A stretch of DNA of 53,841 nucleotides, taken from assembly GCA_007124745.1 (NCBI GenBank), contig SLEO01000169.1, positions 1 through 53,841 of the forward strand, given 5' to 3'. The notes beneath the pieces were generated by a model. That model was not told where the DNA came from. It worked only from the letters and a program-made list of their open reading frames with translations, and searched no databases. The position numbers and the translations under genes were made by a program. Below, piece by piece: positions 49,076-53,841 of the stretch; within the stretch, counting starts at the first letter, position 1; each line of letters starts with the position of its first letter. The DNA comes from Myxococcales bacterium. GTDB lineage: Bacteria; Myxococcota_A; Polyangia; Polyangiales; SLQV01.

Positions 49076-50230
49076 CTAACCCAAATCCGGCGATAGCTGC
49101 CCGCCAGCTGGCGCCGGGTAGCGCGCCTCGAGTCGGCTAGAAGGCCGGTCCCCTAGGGGACCACCGACGCCAAGCCACTGTTGAGAACCATCCTTAGGAC
49201 TCACCAGCAGCCGTCTGCCGAGCAGCGACGGAGGACCTAGACTCGGCACCAATGTCTGCAGCGCCGCGTGGGCGAGTAGATTCCCCACGAGACCGTCAAT
49301 CGTCGACCCCGAAGCGCTCCATGCGTGACGACGCTCTAAACGCGACGCTGTCTCCGGTGCGCACCGGGCTTGAGTCTCCGACCACGCGAGAAGGTCCTCC
49401 CAACGCGCAGTATGCAACCTCGGGTCGATGACGGGTCCGACCACCGCAAGCTCGCCGAAGTATCCCGCGGGGATGAGTGGCATTGAGCGAAGGCGCGCCG
49501 GATAGCGATAGACGCTCTCGCACTCCCCGCATACCAAAGCCAAGTCAGCCTGCGGCCATGCCAACGTGGGGTCACTTGCGTAGTCCATTCTTAGGATGTC
49601 CACGTTCAGGTGCTCGAAGCGGGCACGAAGTGCCTGCCGCATCACTTTGACCTTCGCCTTGCCGACATCCGCTAACGTGCCCAGCGGCTGGCGATTCAAA
49701 CTTGAATGCTCAAGTAACCCCGTTTCGTTCAAGATAAGGCGCCCTACGCCGGCGCCGGCTAACGCAAATGCCGCCGCCGAGCCAACGCCTCCAAGTCCGA
49801 TGACCAACACGGTTTTCCTGTGAAGCAGCGAGAGAATCGAGTCCGGTTTGAACCGACATAATGTGGCGTAAAATGCGAGCTGCCGAGTCAACTCCGGGGA
49901 GCGAGCGGCAAAACGGTCGAGGGGCTCGGCTAGCGATACCAGCCAGCCCTCGCGCTCAAAGCGCTCGAGCAGATCCCAAGATGTGTGGTCATCGATAAAT
50001 GCGCTGAGCTGCGCACTGCCATCCAGGCGGGCGATGAGTTGGGCAACAGCTCCACCATCACCCTCCTCGAAATAAATCTGTCTCAACCCATCGTCGACCA
50101 CGCACACGTCGCCGTCGACATACACACGAAGGTCCGGCCGAAACCAGGCAAAGCAGGAGAGATCAACCGGTTCTCCAAGGAGAAACCGGCGCCGAGTGTA
50201 TAGGCGGCGAGCCGCTTTAGTTCGCGCCAT
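49076..50230 (-). CDS. E1-like (ThiF/MoeB/HesA superfamily) protein with N-terminal PqqD/RRE-like domain
   Basis: A strong SD (GAAGGAGG) lies about 8 nt upstream of the ATG. The Rossmann motif is VLVIGLGGVGSAAAFALAGAGVGRLILNETGLLEHSSLNRQ. The N-terminal 100 aa or so (VCVVDDGLRQIYFEEGDGGAVAQLIARLDGSAQLSAFI...LERFEREGWL) resembles a winged-helix peptide-binding domain. Confidence 0.78.
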   Translation of the reverse strand: MARTKAARRLYTRRRFLLGEPVDLSCFAWFRPDLRVYVDGDVCVVDDGLRQIYFEEGDGGAVAQLIARLDGSAQLSAFIDDHTSWDLLERFEREGWLVSLAEPLDRFAARSPELTRQLAFYATLCRFKPDSILSLLHRKTVLVIGLGGVGSAAAFALAGAGVGRLILNETGLLEHSSLNRQPLGTLADVGKAKVKVMRQALRARFEHLNVDILRMDYASDPTLAWPQADLALVCGECESVYRYPARLRSMPLIPAGYFGELAVVGPVIDPRLHTARWEDLLAWSETQARCAPETASRLERRHAWSASGSTIDGLVGNLLAHAALQTLVPSLGPPSLLGRRLLVSPKDGSQQWLGVGGPLGDRPSSRLEARYPAPAGGQLSPDLG

Positions 50231-50404
50231 CGCTCAGTACCTCCTTCATAGCGACCTGCCCCCTTTTTTCGGTGTCCTTCTCCGCAAGCCCCCCTAGCAG
50301 GAGCTGCGTCACACTAGTGTCACATTAAATTCGCGCTAAGTTTGCTTTGTGGCGTCACTTGCAGACGTCAAGCCCCGCCTGGCGAAAAGTTGCTACTCCT
50401 TGAC

Positions 50405-50476
50405 CCCTGAACTCTCGCCTCAAGGCGCTAGCGGGACGAAAGACCCAGTGAAATGGGCCTTCCGTTCGCGGACCCT
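50405..50476 (+). repeat. Family-2 element, right-arm-type half copy (diverged)
   Basis: CCCTGAACTCTCGCCTCAAGGCGCTAGCGGGACGAAAGACCCAGTGAAATGGGCCTTCCGTTCGCGGACCC is collinear with 51903-51975. Confidence 0.6.
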
Positions 50477-50614
50477 GCTCGCCCCGCCCTGCTTACTCCA
50501 GGCCCAGTTATCCGGGTGTTTCTGCGTCTCGAGCAATACGGGGATCGTTCAGCCTTGACCCGCGAACGACCATCGGTTGGCACCACATTCAGGCACGTGC
50601 GAACCTGCCCGCCC

Positions 50615-51901
50615 ATGGCGGATCGAGAAGAGCACATCGCGGTAGTGGGGCTGGGTTATGTCGGTTTACCGGTAGCCTGCGCGTTCGGCGCGCAGCTTCC
50701 AACCTTGGGTTTCGACATCAATCGCGAGCGTGTTGAAGAACTTGGCCGTGGATACGACCGCAACGGCGAATCCAGCGCGTCCGAACTTGCCGCGGCCAAC
50801 CTGCGCTTTTCCGCAGACCAGGACAGCCTCAAGGGCGCTAGTGTGTTCATAGTCACGGTTCCGACACCTATCGACGAAAGTCGCCAGCCAGACCTCAGCC
50901 CGGTCGTGTCAGCGACGCGCGCTGTCGCTCGGAGCCTGAGCGCGGGGTCGCTAGTCATCTACGAATCTACCGTTTACCCCGGGGTCACAGAAGAAGTCTG
51001 CCGACCGCTGCTTGAAGAAGTGAGCGGTCTTGTGGCCGGCGTCGACTTTTTCGTCGGCTACTCGCCCGAGCGGATCAACCCAGGCGACCGTGAACACACG
51101 TTCACGCGCATCAAGAAGGTGGTCGCTGGTGAAAACCCGGAAGTGCTCGAACGGGTCGCGGGGCTCTACGAACGCGTGGTGCTCGCTGGCGTTCACCGTG
51201 CACCTTCGATCAAGGTTGCGGAGGCGGCCAAAGTAATCGAAAATACGCAACGCGACCTGAACATCGCGCTCATGAATGAACTCGCGCTTATCTTCGATAG
51301 GCTGGACATCAAGACTGCGGACGTCCTCGCAGCGGCCGGGACCAAGTGGAACTTCCTGCCCTTTTCGCCTGGGCTCGTCGGGGGCCACTGTATCGGTGTC
51401 GACCCCTACTACCTTACGGCCAAAGCGGAACGCGTTGGTTACCACCCGGAAGTGATTCTCGCAGGCCGCCGCATCAACGACGGCATGGGCGCCTTCGTAG
51501 CCCAGAAAGCCCTTAAGCTGCTCGCGACCCACGCCAAGGTGCCCATCGGCGTTTGTCGTGTAGGCATCTACGGCATCACCTTCAAGGAAAACGTTTCGGA
51601 CATTCGAAACAGCCGGGTCCCCGACATCATTACCGAACTGCGCGCCTTTGGCGTCTCACCCATCGTCCACGACCCGCTCGCAGATGCAGCGGCAGTACAC
51701 CATGAATACGCGGTCGAACTCGCCCCGCTGACCGACTTAGACAACTTGGATGTGCTTATTGTGGCGGTACCTCATCGCGAGTTAAAAGATAATCTTGGGC
51801 GTTTGAAGGCGCAGCTGAAGGCTGACGCGGTCGTGATTGACATCAAATCTGCGCTCGGCGACGGTGACCTGCCGGCCACGGTTCACCACTGGTCGCTCTG
51901 A
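50615..51901 (+). CDS. Nucleotide-sugar 6-dehydrogenase (UDP-GlcNAc/GalNAc dehydrogenase, TviB/WbpO/CapL-like)
   Basis: The track ORF from 50453 is trimmed to MADREEHIAVVGLGYVGLPVACAF (NAD-binding GxGxxG). Other motifs are TVPTPI, ESTVYPG and GGHCIGVDPYYL (catalytic Cys). Confidence 0.92.
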   Translation: MADREEHIAVVGLGYVGLPVACAFGAQLPTLGFDINRERVEELGRGYDRNGESSASELAAANLRFSADQDSLKGASVFIVTVPTPIDESRQPDLSPVVSATRAVARSLSAGSLVIYESTVYPGVTEEVCRPLLEEVSGLVAGVDFFVGYSPERINPGDREHTFTRIKKVVAGENPEVLERVAGLYERVVLAGVHRAPSIKVAEAAKVIENTQRDLNIALMNELALIFDRLDIKTADVLAAAGTKWNFLPFSPGLVGGHCIGVDPYYLTAKAERVGYHPEVILAGRRINDGMGAFVAQKALKLLATHAKVPIGVCRVGIYGITFKENVSDIRNSRVPDIITELRAFGVSPIVHDPLADAAAVHHEYAVELAPLTDLDNLDVLIVAVPHRELKDNLGRLKAQLKADAVVIDIKSALGDGDLPATVHHWSL

Positions 51902-51902
51902 C

Positions 51903-51975
51903 GCTGAACCATCCCTCAAAGCGCTGGCGGAACGAAGGCCCAGGGGGAATGGGCCTTCCGTGCGCGGACCCATCC
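51903..51975 (+). repeat. Family-2 element, right-arm-type half copy
   Basis: GCTGAACCATCCCTCAAAGCGCTGGCGGAACGAAGGCCCAGGGGGAATGGGCCTTCCGTGCGCGGACCCATCC. Its 3' part equals the reverse complement of 4832-4860. It starts 2 nt after the dehydrogenase stop. Confidence 0.75.
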
Positions 51976-51983
51976 ACTCCGCC

Positions 51984-52233
51984 GCAACTGTTCAAGGGGG
52001 GCATTTTACAAAATGCCCCCGGGTTTTCGGGAGTGAATCCCGCAAACCCTCCCCCAAAAACCTAAAGTTCAGGGGGGCATTGTACGCGCATGCCCCCGGG
52101 TTTACGGGAGTGAATCCCGCAAACCCTTCCCCTTTCTGCCTTCAAGGCGGCCTAAAGCCGGCAAGCGGGGCCAGGGCGCCTACTTGCTTTTTCCCGCAGC
52201 GTTTTCGCTATCTGGACCCCCTGAACGGTTACG
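51984..52233 (+). repeat. Family-1 element with internal tandem duplication of its 5' module (units 51991-52066 and 52067-52157)
   Basis: There are two successive TTCA(A)GGGGGGCAT...CCCCCGGGTTT(T/A)CGGGAGTGAATCCCGCAAACCCT(C/T)CCC...CCTAAAG units. The first has the perfect 24-nt hairpin at 51997-52020. The 3' TIR is CCCCCTGAACGGTTACGC, ending at 52233. Confidence 0.85.
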
Positions 52234-52349
52234 CTCCGCCAGACGAACTCCAGGCCCATGTCGCCCGGGGCTTACTGTGTCTCGAGAATTAGGGGGGTCG
52301 GAACATCCCCCGGTTGCCTCTGCGTAGCTTCGAGGTCAGACCGCAGGCC

Positions 52350-53375
52350 ATGAAGGGTGGACGGATCGTATTAACCGGTGCAGCAGGATTCATCGGCTAT
52401 CACGTTGGCGAACGACTTTTAGCCGAAGGCTGGGACGTCTATGGCTTCGACAGCGTCGATCCGTACTACGATGTACGGCTTAAACGCGCGCGCCTCGCGC
52501 GGCTGGCGCGTCATTCGAACTTTCACTTCCAAGAAGACAACGTCGCTGACGGGGCCGCCGTCCAGCGCCTATTCGACCACGCGAACCCATCGCACGTGGT
52601 GCACCTCGCCGCCCAGGCGGGGGTACGCTATTCCATCGAAAACCCCCAGGCCTATATCCAGAGCAATTTGGTAGGCTTTGGACACGTCCTTGAGGCGTGT
52701 CGCCACAGAAAGATTAAACATCTCGTCTACGCGTCGTCGAGTTCCGTCTACGGATCGAACACAGATATGCCCTTTGGCGAGGCGAAGCCGGTCGACCACC
52801 CATTGAGCCTCTATGCCGCCACGAAGCGGGCAAATGAGCTTATGGCGCACAGCTACAGTCACCTCTACGAAGTGCCGACGACTGGGTTGCGCTTCTTTAC
52901 CGTCTACGGTCCCTGGGGCCGCCCCGACATGGCGATGTTTCTTTTCGCGAAAGCCATTCATGATCAGGTGCCTCTCAAGCTCTTTAACCACGGAGAAATG
53001 CGACGTGATTTCACATATATCGATGATCTTTCTACGGCAGTAGCGGCGCTGGTCACCCGCCCCGCTGCGGCTGACTCGACGTTCACCACGCAGGCGCCGC
53101 GAAGCGACACAAGTCATGCGCCGTTCCGTGTCTTCAACATTGGAAATCGGCAGCCTGTCGAGCTGCGCTACGTGGTGGAACTCATCGAGAAGGAAGTGGG
53201 GCGCAAAGCGCTCATCGACAGCCTGCCGATGCAACCCGGTGACGTGCCGGCCACCTTCGCCGACACCTCGTCTCTTCAGGAGTGGGTCGGCTTCGCGAAC
53301 ACCACAGCGATTGAGACGGGCATCGCCCGCTTTATTGCGTGGTTCAAGGAGCACGGCGCGCACTTCTCCAACTAA
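52350..53375 (+). CDS. NAD-dependent nucleotide-sugar 4-epimerase (UDP-glucuronate 4-epimerase-like, CapI/LpsL family, extended SDR)
   Basis: Trimmed to MKGGRIVLTGAAGFIGYHV (TGxxGxxG). It has ASSSSVYG and YAATKRANE (the YxxxK catalytic motif). Confidence 0.92.
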   Translation: MKGGRIVLTGAAGFIGYHVGERLLAEGWDVYGFDSVDPYYDVRLKRARLARLARHSNFHFQEDNVADGAAVQRLFDHANPSHVVHLAAQAGVRYSIENPQAYIQSNLVGFGHVLEACRHRKIKHLVYASSSSVYGSNTDMPFGEAKPVDHPLSLYAATKRANELMAHSYSHLYEVPTTGLRFFTVYGPWGRPDMAMFLFAKAIHDQVPLKLFNHGEMRRDFTYIDDLSTAVAALVTRPAAADSTFTTQAPRSDTSHAPFRVFNIGNRQPVELRYVVELIEKEVGRKALIDSLPMQPGDVPATFADTSSLQEWVGFANTTAIETGIARFIAWFKEHGAHFSN

Positions 53376-53390
53376 ACGCGAAAGCTTTCC

Positions 53391-53841
53391 ATGGGCGACA
53401 CCTCGCGTCTCAGCGCGCTAGCGCAGGGCGGCACCCAGGCCGCGGCACTCACGCTCGTAGGCATGACCCCTTGGCTTATAGGTGGCATCACACCGGGGAG
53501 CTGGCCCGCGTTCACGACGGTCGTTGTGTTTGGCTTGCTGTGCATGAGTATCCGCATGCACGCCGCGGACCGAGTTGGACCGGTTTCGATAGATACCAAC
53601 CGTCCGGCCAACTTCGCTGCGGGGTCCGAGGGCACTGATCCAAGAACGAAACCACCCACCGCCCGTTGGATCTGGTCATGGGTGGCACGCTGTGCCCTCG
53701 CACTGATTGCCCTCGCGGCGCTTGCCGGCCCAGTGCTCCAACTCATTCCGCTCCCGGCGGCTCTGGTGACGGCGTGGGCACCACTCACGTTCAGTCGGAA
53801 CCAAGCGCTCGCCGAAGCACTTCTGACCGTCGTTCCAGAGC
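53391..53841 (+). CDS. O-antigen ligase/polymerase-like polytopic membrane protein, 5' partial (runs off window)
   Basis: The frame is open from the ATG at 53391 to the window end and is not in the track because there is no stop. My own translation reads MGDTSRLSALAQGG...WLIGGITPGSWPAFTTVVVFGLLC...LQLIPLPAALVTAWAPL. The hydrophobic helices and LPLP...L..L.P motif resemble the N-termini of O-antigen-ligase-family proteins. Confidence 0.5.
   Translation, partial: MGDTSRLSALAQGGTQAAALTLVGMTPWLIGGITPGSWPAFTTVVVFGLLCMSIRMHAADRVGPVSIDTNRPANFAAGSEGTDPRTKPPTARWIWSWVARCALALIALAALAGPVLQLIPLPAALVTAWAPLTFSRNQALAEALLTVVPE

Noticed and set aside
83-52233. Possibility that the recurring GGGGGCATTTT...AAAATGCCCCC hairpins form a CRISPR array
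   Set aside because: Copies are kilobases apart, occur in both orientations, are embedded in longer conserved elements, and are not separated by regular short spacers. No cas genes are present.
51837-52292. 151-aa ORF spanning the dehydrogenase-epimerase spacer, and 6789..7229 on the minus strand
   Set aside because: Both are composed of repeat modules, with low-complexity P/G/R-rich translations, and have no independent support.
1-53841. Search for tRNA, rRNA, tmRNA, transposase, integrase, phage or known defence-system genes
   Set aside because: I found no cloverleaf-like segments, rRNA-like stretches, DDE/tyrosine/serine recombinase motifs, nuclease/helicase/methylase modules or toxin-antitoxin pairs in the sequence or ORF translations. 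The absence is by eye only and should be confirmed with tRNAscan-SE, Infernal and HMM scans.

Overview
This is a high-GC (about 60-65% by eye) bacterial chromosomal window. Its gene content looks myxobacterium-like or deltaproteobacterial: two Hanks-type Ser/Thr kinases, PrkA, an OmpA protein with thrombospondin-type-3 repeats, and very large TPR proteins. I call about 30 CDS. Housekeeping genes are acpS, an RluA-family pseudouridine synthase, greA, carB, tsaE and an acyl-CoA dehydrogenase. Two envelope-glycan clusters are present. The first (318-8548) is Arn-like: DegT aminotransferase, hexapeptide acetyltransferase, two GT2 and two polytopic GT-C-like proteins. The second (50615-end) has a nucleotide-sugar dehydrogenase, a 4-epimerase and a partial O-antigen-ligase-like gene. 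No rRNA, tRNA, CRISPR array, transposase, integrase or recognisable defence genes were seen. Six things stand out. (1) Two interleaved families of MITE-like intergenic repeats occur at 10 or more loci. They include a nested insertion with terminal inverted repeats, a 7-bp target duplication and an intact 'empty-site' equivalent elsewhere in the window, and an inverted pair bracketing the only opposite-strand gene of the glycan cluster. (2) A 3337-aa (10 kb) all-TPR protein lies in a co-directional block with two other TPR proteins and the OmpA-TSP3 protein. (3) A biotin-carboxylase homologue has lost its ATP-grasp and catalytic motifs, has no BCCP, and is translationally coupled to a carboxyltransferase. 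(4) A predicted outer-membrane beta-barrel is fused to a two-domain SppA peptidase. (5) An orphan E1-like (ThiF) protein carries a PqqD/RRE-like N-terminal domain. (6) A lower-GC, Cys-rich secreted orphan sits next to a repeat. All functional calls come from motif recognition by eye on the supplied translations. No database search or computation was run, and start codons are best guesses.
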